Notes: generated by a model not told the origin, from the letters alone. A stretch of DNA of 64,000 bases from an uncultured Acidobacteriota bacterium (GCA_963809485.1 CAWEJX010000015.1:1-64000), one strand, 5' to 3'. Numbered from the stretch's first letter, positions 1 through 10,800 are shown. Numbers and translations: made by a program.

Positions 1-158
1 ACCCCGCCCCAGTGCCATCTCTCAGAAGCCCGTCCTATGAAAGCGTCAGAGTTTCAATGGCTTAAGGCAGCCCGGCCGGATACAGACTTGTACCACCGGC
101 AAAGTATTAGAATCAAGTGGTGAGGTTGAAACGAAGGCAATAAAGCAATAAATCTACA

Positions 159-1052
159 CTATATTAGCGCCCCGTGCACCAGCCGGAAGTCCCGGTCGGT
201 TTCGAAGATTCGCACGAGTTCGTCGAAGTCCTTGTCAGGGTCGAGCATTACCTGCGCCAGATTGTCTATCTTCGCCAATTCGCTCGCCGTCAATTGGCCG
301 AACCGGTCCGGTCTGCCGTATATCGGGTTGTGCATATAAATAGTTTCGTTGTTCATCAGCGAATGAAAATCATAAAAAAGCGACCACAGAATCACGATCG
401 GTCCCCTCTCCGGCTTCCCGTTGTGAAACCGCATTGGATCGATTTTCCCGGCCCGCATGTCCAGCCAGGCCTTGGCCGGAAAATCAAATGCCCCGTCCGG
501 TTGGTCGAAAATATCCAAACCCACCGGCAAAAATACTGCATCCGCATCGATGGTCACCCATCGTTCCTCGGCGGCGTTCCAATACTGGTCGATCCAGTGG
601 TCGACGCTGACTTTGCCCAAAGGTCCCAGGTCGAAGTAAGGTGCGTTCCCGGACCGCACCCTTGTCGGAATGCCTTTGGACTTCAAAATTGACGCCATCA
701 GAATTGAAACAAAACGGCACGTCACTACAATCCTGTCTTCGACTCTGCGCTCAAATGTTAGTCCACGCGGGTCGCGCCGGTACAGCTCCGCTAGCATCGC
801 CGCCACTGTTGGCAAATTGTCATCCTCTGGTTGCCGCCACCACGGCACTTTGCTCATGTCGCCGAATTTCAAATCGGCGTTGGGACCGGTATTGCCCATT
901 GCCAGCATCATGCGGTGAATCGTGTTCATCTTCACCAGTTTCCCGATCTCAACAACATCGTCGGGCAGCTCTTTTGCCAGGCTATCCTTATACAGCCCAG
1001 GATTAGTGAACAGACTGAACTGTCTGTAATGGTCGAGTATCTTGCCGTCCAT
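159..1052 (-). CDS. Transglutaminase-like domain protein
   Basis: 297 aa ORF; VTCRFVSILMASILKSKGIPTRVRSG...DHW...TIDAD gives a Cys-His-Asp triad pattern typical of transglutaminase-like proteins. Confidence 0.7.
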   Translation of the reverse strand: MDGKILDHYRQFSLFTNPGLYKDSLAKELPDDVVEIGKLVKMNTIHRMMLAMGNTGPNADLKFGDMSKVPWWRQPEDDNLPTVAAMLAELYRRDPRGLTFERRVEDRIVVTCRFVSILMASILKSKGIPTRVRSGNAPYFDLGPLGKVSVDHWIDQYWNAAEERWVTIDADAVFLPVGLDIFDQPDGAFDFPAKAWLDMRAGKIDPMRFHNGKPERGPIVILWSLFYDFHSLMNNETIYMHNPIYGRPDRFGQLTASELAKIDNLAQVMLDPDKDFDELVRIFETDRDFRLVHGALI

Positions 1053-1087
1053 CTTCTTCTCCTTGACTCTTTCACTACAAAGATTGC

Positions 1088-1606
1088 TCAGAGCCTTAAA
1101 TCAATCCAATAGCGTCGTTTGGGAACGCGTAATCCTTCTTCCCAAACGACGTTTTCCAGCACGCCGCCGTGTACTTCAATAACACGATGAGATGCGACGT
1201 TGTCATCATCGCATGTTAGGAGAATTCGTTTGAGACCGATGCTTCGGGCTATGGGAAGAGTCTGCCGCAGTATTTCTGTAGCATATCCTCTACGACGAAA
1301 CGAAGGCGCGACAGCATATCCGACGTGTCCCCCAAACCTAAATAGATAATCATTCAATTCATAGCGGATCGACACCCTTCCGACAACCACTTCTTCCACC
1401 GCAGCCACTAGAAATGTGCCAGGTACGAAATTTGGAGGAAGATCGCCACGGGACCAGCCATGGACAAGATGCACATAGGATGCAAAGTCGGTTTCTTGAT
1501 CGAAGTGAAACGCAAAATCGTGTGGAGGATTATCTTGTCGGCATTCTTCGACACACGCGCGGAACGACGCCTCATCGCTTTCTTTCAATTCTCTGATTAT
1601 CAGCAT
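1088..1606 (-). CDS. GNAT family N-acetyltransferase
   Basis: GGHVGYAVAPSFRRRGYATEIL acetyl-CoA motif and LTCDDDNVAS; start placed at ATG 1606 (MLIIREL) rather than 1939. Confidence 0.8.
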   Translation of the reverse strand: MLIIRELKESDEASFRACVEECRQDNPPHDFAFHFDQETDFASYVHLVHGWSRGDLPPNFVPGTFLVAAVEEVVVGRVSIRYELNDYLFRFGGHVGYAVAPSFRRRGYATEILRQTLPIARSIGLKRILLTCDDDNVASHRVIEVHGGVLENVVWEEGLRVPKRRYWIDLRL

Positions 1607-2029
1607 GATGGAGCCAGCCCGCGAAAAATCAATGTTAGCCACAACGGATTTTTTTCGCAATGGTTTAGGCATAGGAATTCTCTTGATACTCCCAGGAAGT
1701 CGCAATGTGGGAAACATCCATTGTGCGCAATTCTGAAAAGCATTTGCAGCTCCGCAGCCGCTGGCAGTTTCGGGACCCGGCAGAGTAACTCCAAAGCCAC
1801 TGCCGAAATAGGGCGCGCGGTCGGTTTCGGCGTTCTCTCCGGAGTGGCGGAGTACGGCCGCCCCGAGAGGCGTACAGGTTTTGCACTGGTGTCGCCGTTT
1901 CCCAGATAGGGACAATGATGCTGATTTTTGCCACTGCAAAATTCAAATGCAGTAAAATCAGCTCTACGTGATCAAAGATAAAAGGATCTTGGGGGATCCC
2001 CGAATTATGAAATCTGAGATGATCTTTCT

Positions 2030-2494
2030 ATGGTCGTGACGGTCTCGCTGAAAAAGGTGGTCGATGCACTCGATCTTCCAAACGATGAATGGTCAGCTTA
2101 TGTCGATGTGCAGACCGGGGAGGTGATTACCATTTCCGGCGAGGCCGCTGACCCGGCTGAAGCTGATGATCTGGAAATCGACGATATTCCCGATTGGCAG
2201 TTTGAGGAGATCGAAAATGCCCGCAAGGTAAAGGACTCGGCCCGGTATATCTCCCTGCCAGACAAATTCGACATTCACGAGTGGGACATCATGAGGAGGT
2301 TTTCGGAGCTTCGCCAGAATCCCCGACAACGCAGCCGGCTGCTTGAGGCTATCCATGGTTCAGGTGCCTTTCGATTTTTCAAAAGCACCCTTCACCAGCT
2401 CGGAATTGAGAAAGAGTGGTACGATTATCGCGCTTCCGCCTTCGAAGAAATCGCAAAGGACTGGTTACAGCAAAACGGATTAGCCTACAAATGA
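2030..2494 (+). CDS. UPF0158 family protein
   Basis: AYVDVQTGEV...LPDKFDIHEWDIMRRF...AIHGSGAFRFFK...W signature. Confidence 0.75.
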   Translation: MVVTVSLKKVVDALDLPNDEWSAYVDVQTGEVITISGEAADPAEADDLEIDDIPDWQFEEIENARKVKDSARYISLPDKFDIHEWDIMRRFSELRQNPRQRSRLLEAIHGSGAFRFFKSTLHQLGIEKEWYDYRASAFEEIAKDWLQQNGLAYK

Positions 2495-2686
2495 GAATTT
2501 TCGATTTCGGCCAGTGCCTGCCGAGGGCCCCGGCCATCGTGACACGAGGCTGCGCATGCAAAAGAATGTCGACGGGAATGTGCCATTTATTTTCACAAAT
2601 CAAACCTGGACAGGGTAGTTTCTCATATCGCGACCTCATGGGAATCAATCGGGCCTTCCTGGTCTTGGATTCTGAAACGGTGGTGT

Positions 2687-2955
2687 TCAGGCGGCCTCAA
2701 TATTCACTCTCATTTTCAGACCTGCTTCATCAATAAGCTCCTGCAGAGACAGGCGCACGAATTGCTCCGGACTGCGGCCCAGAATCTTGGCGAAGCGAGC
2801 GGCCCGTTCTGCACCTACAACCTTGCGGCCTTTTTCAATGTCACAAAGATGCGAGGGGGAAACGCGGAGTTTGCGAGCGAAGGCAGTTTGGGACATTTCC
2901 TCGCCAAGGCGAATCGACTCTATGAGCCCACCTAGGGTTAAAGGCCTTCCGGTTC
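2687..2955 (-). pseudogene. XRE/HigA-like helix-turn-helix protein, 5' end replaced by transposase DNA
   Basis: LTLGGLIESIRLGEEMSQTAFARKLRVSPSHLCDIEKGRK is an XRE HTH; sequence upstream of ~2955 is the antisense of a transposase fragment. Confidence 0.6.
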
Positions 2956-3434
2956 GCGATCCGGAGACGACCAGTTTTGTCGGCGGCATTGAATCATCAG
3001 ATAGGTTTGGTTGGCGCATCTATGCCGAGGCTGTCCGGCGCGGTTTGTACAATGCGAAACAAGTCGTGATTTTTGGGGATGCCGCCGAGCGGATTCATTC
3101 GATCAAGGAGGAGCACTTCCACAATGCGATCCAGATCGTGGATTTGTACCATGCACGAGAACATGTCTCCGTCCTGTGCAAACACCTGTTTGCCGGCGAC
3201 GAACCTGAAGTTGTCCGTCACCGCATCCGGTGGTGGACATTGCTTGATGAAGGCAAGGTCGAAAAAATCGTTCAACAGGCAACTCAGAACCTGCCTCTGA
3301 ATTCGGAAGCATGCGAGAAGGCCGAATCAGAGATCGCTTTCCTCAAAAAGCATAAGGAGATGATGCGCTATGCAGATTTCCGAAAACGCGGTTTCTTTAT
3401 CGGCTCCGGTGTCATGGAAGCCGGATGCCTATAG
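2955..3434 (+). mobile_element. Internal fragment of an ISKra4/ISLre2-like (UPF0236) DDE transposase
   Basis: VVIFGDAAERI, IVDLYHAREH, MRYADFRKRGFFIGSGVMEAGC motifs; no N- or C-terminus and no terminal inverted repeats seen. Confidence 0.75.
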
Positions 3435-3634
3435 GAGTTTTGGCCTCATCCGAGTCGGTGCATGGAGGATCTTACTCCCGACCGTTTCATTTCGGCTACT
3501 GTGTCTCGCCCCAGCGATTGAAATTCCCCGATGCACCGCCACAAAAAAGAGTCTGCGGCTGTCCTTCTCCTGTGGATCAATAGTGAAATCAGGACAACTC
3601 GCGTGCCCTGAGCTCCCGACACTCCGCACCGTGG

Positions 3635-3967
3635 CTATCGCTTGCCGCGCGCGGCGATCAGAAAGGATCCGAAGTACCGCTGCCAGCTCTCCGGGGTCGA
3701 CTGATAATCATTATCGAAACAGAAATAGTCCGAGGCGGCTTCCCGGACACGAAGCAGTTCCCTCAGCCGCGCGCGATTCCTTGGGTCGGCGACGGTCAGA
3801 TCCATCAGCTCTAGCGCGCGCTCGAAAGCCCGGCCGCTGATTTCGGGACGCCCCTTCTTTTTCCAGGATATTGCCCGCTCAATTTCGCTCCCAATATTGG
3901 CCATTTGTTCGGCAAATGAGAGCCGGTTCCATCCGCCCGCAGCCAGTTCTCTGTGTTGATGGCTCAT
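3635..3967 (-). CDS. Hypothetical helical protein, translationally coupled to the upstream DUF5674-like gene
   Basis: 110 aa ORF (W..LSFAEQMANIGSEIERA); ATGA overlap at 3964-3967. Confidence 0.7.
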   Translation of the reverse strand: MSHQHRELAAGGWNRLSFAEQMANIGSEIERAISWKKKGRPEISGRAFERALELMDLTVADPRNRARLRELLRVREAASDYFCFDNDYQSTPESWQRYFGSFLIAARGKR

Positions 3968-4311
3968 CGAATCACCAGGTCATTGACGATCCGCCGGATG
4001 CGCTCGCGGAGCGCAGGATCCTCCACTCCCCGGCTGCGATTCCCCCGTGAAGGGCGAAGATTAATCATCGAGTCGAATTCCAGGAAATCCTCCCCTTCCA
4101 GGCCCGGATACAGATTGATGCCCCAGAGATCTTCCTGAACCGAACCCCGCTCGATCAGCATCGCTTCCTCATCCGCGTGCAATTCGGCATCCACCACCAT
4201 TTGTTCCCGCGCAATATCCACAACCGCTTTCACCAGGTCGCCGAACATGGCCTCCGCCATTTTCGACAATTCATGAAGCATGATCCGGCTGTTTCTGTCG
4301 ACAATTCGCAT
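3964..4311 (-). CDS. DUF5674-like protein
   Basis: FGDLVKAVVD...ELHADEEAMLIERGS.QEDLWGINLYP...FDSMINLRP; ATG 4311 preceded by a GGAG RBS. Confidence 0.7.
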   Translation of the reverse strand: MRIVDRNSRIMLHELSKMAEAMFGDLVKAVVDIAREQMVVDAELHADEEAMLIERGSVQEDLWGINLYPGLEGEDFLEFDSMINLRPSRGNRSRGVEDPALRERIRRIVNDLVIR

Positions 4312-4499
4312 CCGCCGTTCTCCCGGATAATTCACTTGGATATTACACTGCATCTCCCGAAGGTCTACAGCAGAATATGAGCTATCAAGTCCCGCAATTT
4401 ATGGCGACGGAGTAAAACTGCCAGCCCCGGTTGAGAAATCCAAAAAAGGAAGGGCTTGCCTGTTTTCCTCATTCCCAACAAACCCCGCCGGTTCCTTCA

Positions 4500-4715
4500 C
4501 TGACATTATTCTACTCCGCGCCTGCCGGGTTTGTCCTCGTGCTGGATTCAGATGAGAGGGAGTTTCCACTCCAACGGGGTAAAGGCGGAAAATCACATCA
4601 AACCGGCTTTGGAAATACCCGCAAATTACGGCGTTGAGTGCATCGTCACGATTGGCTGCGCCGAGGAGGAAAAGAAAGCCTGCGGCGAAGACGAACCGCT
4701 TCACGGCAAATACAT
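4500..4715 (+). pseudogene. Nitroreductase C-terminal remnant
   Basis: SCWIQMRG...AENHIK..LEIP...VECIVTIG..EEEK resembles a nitroreductase C-terminus; no intact 5' part. Confidence 0.4.
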
Positions 4716-4752
4716 GTCAACTGCCTCTGATCCATCCGTTTGGAGGTGCAGC

Positions 4753-5412
4753 ATGAAGGGAGTAATATGCCTATTGCTCTTGAGTATGGAGGCCATGGCA
4801 CACCTGACTGCAGTCCCATCCGATCAGGATCCAAAGCATCAAACGGTTTTTCGAAACGACCACCTGCTGGTTTTGCACGTTGCTCTCAAGCCCGGAGAGA
4901 GCACCGATGCCCACACTCACTCGCGCGATTCCATGGCTGTGGAACTGACCAAAACCCAAATCCAGGTGCAGGAACCCGGGAAGCAGCCCAACCCGCCAAG
5001 GCAGGTTTCGCCGGGAGATATTATCGCCCACGACTACGCCCGCCAGCCGTTCACGCACAAGGTCACAAACGTCGGCCAGGCGAATTTCGACGTCCTCGAT
5101 ATCGAATTGCTGAAACGGCCGGCTGGCCCGGAGACGAAGCCCGCGGCTCCTGTCGCCGCGGAGAACGCAGGGATGCGCGCCTACCGCTGGGAGATTGAGC
5201 CGGGAGCTTCGTCCTCCCGGCACGCACATCAGTGTCCTTCCCTGATTATTGCCGCAACGCCCATGGAACTCACGATGGCATCGCCGGATGGGCAGTCGAT
5301 AACACATCCGGTGAAGGCGGGCGACATTCAATGGGTCGATCGAGCGGTGACCCACACCCTGACCAACAGCGGCAGGGAACGGGGGATCATCGTCGAGGTC
5401 GAACTGAAGTAA
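4753..5412 (+). CDS. Secreted two-domain cupin-like protein
   Basis: GGAGG RBS at 4742-4746; signal-like MKGVICLLLLSMEAMA; two cupin repeats (LKPGESTDAHTH...H.VTNVG; IEPGASSSRHAH...HTLTNSG). Confidence 0.7.
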   Translation: MKGVICLLLLSMEAMAHLTAVPSDQDPKHQTVFRNDHLLVLHVALKPGESTDAHTHSRDSMAVELTKTQIQVQEPGKQPNPPRQVSPGDIIAHDYARQPFTHKVTNVGQANFDVLDIELLKRPAGPETKPAAPVAAENAGMRAYRWEIEPGASSSRHAHQCPSLIIAATPMELTMASPDGQSITHPVKAGDIQWVDRAVTHTLTNSGRERGIIVEVELK

Positions 5413-5446
5413 TCCGTCACTTCTCATTTCTGACTTCTTTTGCCCA

Positions 5447-5480
5447 TTGACGCCCGTGCTGATATCCTCTACAATGTAGA
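5447..5480 (+). promoter_or_regulatory. Sigma-70 promoter with overlapping palindromic operator (probable PadR autoregulation)
   Basis: TTGACG (5447-5452), 17-nt spacer, TACAAT (5470-5475); perfect palindrome TCTACA-A-TGTAGA at 5468-5480. Confidence 0.7.
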
Positions 5481-5500
5481 ACAAACGGATCTCTTCGCAT

Positions 5501-5833
5501 ATGGGAAAAGGCGATTACCTTGGAGAATTTGAGCAGATCGTCCTGCTGGCCGTGCTGCGCCTCGGCGGGAATGCCTACGGCGTGACGATCTGGGAAGAGA
5601 TCGAGAAGCGCACGGGAAGGCCGGTCATGATCGGCGCCGTGTACGCGACACTGGACCGGCTGGAAGCAAAGCGCTACATCGCCTCAAAAGTCGGCGACCC
5701 GAAACCGGAAAGGGGAGGAAGGGCAAAACGGTTCTTCAAGATCACGGCTCAAGGGTCGGCGGCACTCAAACGATCCCGGGAAATTCTTGCCAGCATGTGG
5801 GCGGGGCTGGATCCGGCGCTGGGGAAGCCATGA
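5501..5833 (+). CDS. PadR family transcriptional regulator
   Basis: LGEFEQIVLLAVLRL...AYGVTI...GAVYATLDRLEAK...RGGRAKRFF..T..G. Confidence 0.9.
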   Translation: MGKGDYLGEFEQIVLLAVLRLGGNAYGVTIWEEIEKRTGRPVMIGAVYATLDRLEAKRYIASKVGDPKPERGGRAKRFFKITAQGSAALKRSREILASMWAGLDPALGKP

Positions 5834-6345
5834 GCGGGACATCTCACAGCACACTGAACCGGGGGATGGCAAGACCACCCAGAGCGGCGGAACGGCTGCT
5901 ATTAATCCTGCTCCCTGACCCAGTTCGCGACAACATCTGCGGCGACCTGTCGGAGATATTCAGTATCGTGATCGTCCCTGGCTGCGGAGCATTTAGAGCC
6001 CGGCTCTGGTACTGGCGGCAGGTCATTTCTTCCATGCGCCTTTTTTTCAGGTTTCGCAGGAATCCACAGGCTGCGTTGGAACTCTGGAAAGGACGGTTTC
6101 CTATGCAAAAGCGACTGCATGTTGCCGCTGCGTTCCACCCCGGCATTTCAATGCACCATATACCGGTGGGAGGCAGTCTGGCCGGCTTTCTCTTCGTTCT
6201 CGCGACGATCTTTATCTTCGGCGGCAGCGCCCGCCCTGACACAGACCTGGTGGACTCTCTTGGGAGTGAGGTGCGTCCCACGACGTTGGCCGGGAACCGT
6301 TTTATCTTATCGGAAATACCGAAGCCGTTCTATCTGTTGCGTTGA
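5830..6345 (+). pseudogene. PadR-coupled membrane protein with permease-prefix domain, apparently truncated or chimeric after ~6225
   Basis: ATGA overlap with padR; PPRAAERLL...GDLSE.F...ARLWYWRQV prefix motif; one TM helix then a non-homologous-looking tail. Confidence 0.5.
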
Positions 6346-6596
6346 AAACAGAATCCACTTTCAGACCCGGAAACCCGCAGGTCCTTTTTCGGGGCAAATA
6401 TCTCGTCTCACCTCCGGCGAACGGCATCCCAGGGGACGTCCACCCGGACGGGAAACGGTTCCTGATGATAAAAGAATCGGGGAGAGCGGACGGCGCATCT
6501 GCCAATGGAGAAACCGGGGCGGCCAGGCCGCGGAAAATCAATATCGTGGTGAACTGGACAGAAGAGCTGAAGCAGCAGGTGCGGGCAGGCAAATAG
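6342..6596 (+). pseudogene. C-terminal remnant of a Ser/Thr kinase-PD40 beta-propeller type protein
   Basis: FRPGNPQVLF...DVHPDGKRFLMIK...INIVVNWTEELK is the typical C-terminal end of these proteins; the rest is absent. Confidence 0.6.
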
Positions 6597-6630
6597 GAAA
6601 TGAGATTGGAAACCTGCTTACGGGAATTGG

Positions 6631-7599
6631 CTAGCGCGCGAGGGTGGGCGCGTACTGGTGCGTGAAGGCATGGAGGAGAGCTTCGTCATCGGCGTCGAAT
6701 CTGCTGCCCCGCTTATTCAGGACCTCCAGCACGCCAATGACATCGCCGTGGCTGTCCAGAATCGGCCCGGCAAGCAGGGTGCGCGTCCAATAGTCGGTCC
6801 GTATGTCCAGGGCCGGATCAAAACGCGACTCGAGGTAGGCTTCCTGCAGGTTAACGATTTCACGTGTCAGAGCGACCCAGCCTGCAATATCGGTTCCGGC
6901 CACTACCTTGAATCCGGCGGCCGGGTCCCCATCATCCACCTGAATAACCAGTTCTCCCGTTTCGGGGTTGCGCAGGAAAAAATAGGCGCGATCCGCGCGA
7001 AGGACTTCGCGTGCCCGGCGCACGATGTGATCCGGAGAATAGAGCGGCGCCTCCCGGAGGCTGCGTATTAAGTGCTTCGGAATCAGGTCATAGCGAATTT
7101 TGAGCAGAACCGAGGATTCCATTGCATAAGCCGAATGCCGCCGCGTGCCATCGGTGAAAAACTCAGTTTCACCCAAAACATCTCCGGGAAGTATTACGCC
7201 GGCCGGGTGCTCGGTTTGCCTTGCCGAGCGGGAAAGGAGCATCCGCCCGCTCAACATCACATAGGCGCTGTTCCCCCGCTGCCCTTCTGTGTAGAGCGTT
7301 TCCCCGGGTTCCAGCATTATCAGATCGGCCTTTTGCCCGATCCGCGTGAGTTCTTCTCTGTGCAGGTCCGCCAGCAATGGAAGCAAACGCATGCGGTCAA
7401 TGCGCTGCGATTCCAAAGCCTCTGCCAGCGCTTCTCTTTCCAGGCATTCGCGCTCTACCAGAATTTCTCCCAAAAGCTTTGCATTGCCGGATGCGGATTC
7501 CAGGCGCTGGATGGATAATGCCCATTCTATCTCCGACGAGGAGCAGGAAAGATATTCGCCGATCATGCGCAATTCTGGATACATCTCCCTGGAACACAT
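6631..7599 (-). CDS. MshEN-like + cyclic-nucleotide-binding + GAF domain protein
   Basis: N-terminal KLLGEILVERECLEREALAEALESQ; cNMP domain LYTEGQRGNSAYVMLSG...GDVLGE...RRHSAYA; GAF with IAGWVA...RFDPALD..TDYWTRTLLAGPI...GVLEVLNK...FDADDE; exact start uncertain. Confidence 0.75.
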   Translation of the reverse strand: MCSREMYPELRMIGEYLSCSSSEIEWALSIQRLESASGNAKLLGEILVERECLEREALAEALESQRIDRMRLLPLLADLHREELTRIGQKADLIMLEPGETLYTEGQRGNSAYVMLSGRMLLSRSARQTEHPAGVILPGDVLGETEFFTDGTRRHSAYAMESSVLLKIRYDLIPKHLIRSLREAPLYSPDHIVRRAREVLRADRAYFFLRNPETGELVIQVDDGDPAAGFKVVAGTDIAGWVALTREIVNLQEAYLESRFDPALDIRTDYWTRTLLAGPILDSHGDVIGVLEVLNKRGSRFDADDEALLHAFTHQYAPTLAR

Positions 7600-7839
7600 A
7601 ACTGCCGGAGCCTCCGGAGGGGCAAAATTCCTTCGTTTGCGGCGGGGAGCTTCAGTACGCGAGGGGAACCCCCCTAGGCTCTATCATACACCCGATCAAG
7701 TCCGCGGAACAATATAAGCAAGGTTGAACGTGGAACGTTTAAAGTGGAACGATGAAGAGCGTGGAATCAGTTTTAGCGGGCTGAAAATACGTTTTCAGGA
7801 AAAGACGATCTAAAGCTCAACGCGGCAAAGCTTTTTGTT

Positions 7840-10800
7840 TCAATAGGATAAAGGCTCGACGCGCTCCAGACAGATCCTGAATACATTTCCTTTCTGCGGG
7901 TCGGTTTCCATTTCGAGCCATCCCCCGATGCGATCAATCATTTCCTTGATGGAGGCGATGCGCCTTTCCGGCTGGACGTTGCAGCCGTCGGCGCTGACCA
8001 CTATCTGCATATAGGCACCAGGCTGCATGCCCGAAGGCGTCTCCGACGGGAGTTCCGTGTTGGAGGTCTCCACGGTCACAGTTCCACTCAAGGGAAGGAT
8101 CTCCCGCGAATTGGCCACAAGGCTGCACAGCAGCTGGATAATCTCCTGCCGGTCAGCCAGGACCAGAGCCGGACGGGTTGACAGCACAATCTGGAAATCA
8201 ATATCGGCGCCTGCGAGGCTGCGCAGGAGTGTCTCGTTACCGGTCAGCGTTTCATTGACGTTGAGAAGCTCGGGTTCCCTGTCCGCCTTACCGGCGAAAG
8301 AAAGAAACTGATGCGCGTGTTTGATGCCGCGGCTGGCATCGCTCCCCATCATTTCCGCTATCCGCTGGACTGATGGGCTGTCTTCGGGAGTCTGCTTTAT
8401 AAGCTCGACGCAATGAGCCAGGGATGCGCACAGATCCTTGAGGCTTTTTACGGTTTCTATTGCCAGGTCCCTGGCGGATTCCATGCGGTGCGCGCGCCGG
8501 ACCTGCTCGCTTCTATGGTGTATGCGAGAAATGTCCGCAAAAACCCTTTCTACTGCAGGATCTCCTCCGGTAGGAGACTGCAAAAGCACGGCGCTTTCCT
8601 CGATGCGTACCATCCGGCCGTCCTTGCGCAATGCCGACCATTCAATCTTTTCCAGCCTGCCTTCTTTATGAAGGCGCTCATTCAATGCACCCTCGAAGGC
8701 AAAAATTTTGAACGGATGCTCGCTGCCCGGCGCAAGAGCCTCCGCTGCTCCGGAAAATCCAAAAATCCGGGCGGCGGCATCGTTGCAGTCCAGAACGCGC
8801 CCATCAGGGGCAGCCGACACAATTCCCATGGAGGTGATTTGGCATATCCTTTGGTAGCGGGCATTCAAATCGGCAGATTCGGATTTGAGCCTTTCATACT
8901 CGCTCTTCAGTCTCTCAAGCTGCTTTTGAATTGACTCCAGCCGCGCCTCTCCGGTTCGGTTTTCTTCAGATAGCCGAGCGACGCCGTCTTCGGATTCCTC
9001 AAGCGCGGCCTGGAGAGTGGTTCCATGATCCTCCACGGCTTTTAGCTTTTGCTCCAAATCCATTCGAGCGGCATCCCAGCCTGCGCGCTCCGCGTTGTAT
9101 TCCTCAGCGAGCCGTGCGAGCCGGATTTCCACTTCCTGAAGCGCGTTTTGCATGGCGATGCGCTGTTCGCCTGCGGCTGTTTCCTTTTGCTCCAGATCCT
9201 GCCGGATGCGATCCCAGCTGGATCGTTCCACTCCTTGTTCCTCGCCAAGTTGCGCCATCCGGATTTCGGCATCGCGCAAAGCCGAATGCAGACCGCTGCG
9301 CTGCTCTTCCAGGGCATAACGCTCGCGCTCCAGTTCGGCCCGTGCCTCATCCCACCCGGTCCGCTCGGCATTGTGTTCCTCGGTAAGCTTTGCAAGGCGC
9401 GATTCGGCTTCCTGCAGGGCGTTCGACAGGATTCTCCGCTGCTCCTCGCCCGCTCTAAGATCTCTCTCCAGCTCCTGCCTGGCCTGCTCCAAAACCGTGC
9501 GTTCGGCGGCCTGCTTCCTGGCGAGCGCAGCAAGGCGCGATTCGGCTTCCTGCAGTCCGCTTTGCAGGATTGCCTTTCGCTCTTCGGCCGCTCTGTGCTT
9601 GTTCTCCAGTTCGGAGCGAGACCGCTCGAATGCCGAGCGCTCCGCCTCATAGTCCTCAGTCAGCTGAGCGACACGGGCTTCAACCTCCTGCAGCGCACTC
9701 TGAAGGGCATTCCTCTGATCTTGCACCGATTGACATTCCCGTGCCAATTCAAGACGATCCCGATCCCATTCGAGGCGCTCCGCAGTCCGTTCATGATTCA
9801 AAGATTCGATGCGGGACTCCGCGGCGCTGAGCAGCGCTGCCAGTTTTTCTTCGGCTGCCCGATGCTTCTGCTCCAGTTCAAGCCGGGTGTTTTCCCAATG
9901 GCTGCGTTCCGCGGTTTGCGTTTCCGTGAACTGCACGATGCGGGCTTCGGCCTCCCGCAGCGCAGCGTCACGCTGCTCGCCCGCTTCCTTCAGCGTGCGA
10001 TCGAATTCAGCCCGCAGCGCCTCCAATTCTGCGACCCGGGCCGCCTGCTCTTCCGTAAGCCATGCCATACGGCCTTCGGATTCCTCAAGAGCCTGCTGCA
10101 GAGATGCCCGCTGCTCCTCCGCCGCCCGGCTCATCTGCCCCCATTCCGACCGGGCACTCTCCCATACGGTACGTTCAGCGGCGGCCTCTTCGGCTAGCTT
10201 CGCCAGGCGCGCCTCCGTCTCATGCAACGCCGTCTGCAAAACTGAATTCCTGTCCTCCGAAGACTTTTGTCTTTGCATCAGGTCCAGACGGGAAGCCTCC
10301 CATCCGGCCAGTTCTGCACTGTAGGATTCCGTGAGCCTGACGATTTTTGATTCCGCTTCCCGAAGCGCCGCCAGCCGCTGTTCTTCGGCCCCCTGATGCT
10401 TACGCTCCAGTTCGAGGCGTGCAGCCTCCCATGCCGACGACTCTTCGCCGTACTTCCCGGAAAGCTGGGTGAAGCGGGATTCCATTTCCTGCAGGGCTGC
10501 CCGCAAGGATACTCTCTCCGCTTCCGTGCTTTTGAATTTCTGCTCGAGCGCCAGGCGAACGTCATCCCAGTTCTGGCGGGCTGATGCAAGTTCCTCGTTA
10601 AGCTGCGCAATCCGCATTGCTTCGTCCCGTAGCGCAGACTGCAGCTGTTCCTCAGCCGTCCGTTGCCTCTGCTCCAAATGCAGACGTGCCCGATCCCAAT
10701 TGCTGCGTTCGGTCAGCTGCTCTTCCGTTAGCCTGGCAATGCGGGCTTCGGACTCCTGCAATGCATTCTGCAGCGATGCCCGCTGCTCTTCCGCTGCCTG

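Noticed and set aside
1607-1946. N-terminal extension of the GNAT gene with GKRRHQCKTC, reminiscent of an IS1 InsA zinc ribbon
   Set aside because: Only one short motif and no other transposase features; too weak to call
7600-7660. Possible end of another IS605-type element (GCGGCGGGGAGCTTCAG)
   Set aside because: Single degenerate copy with no partner end in the window
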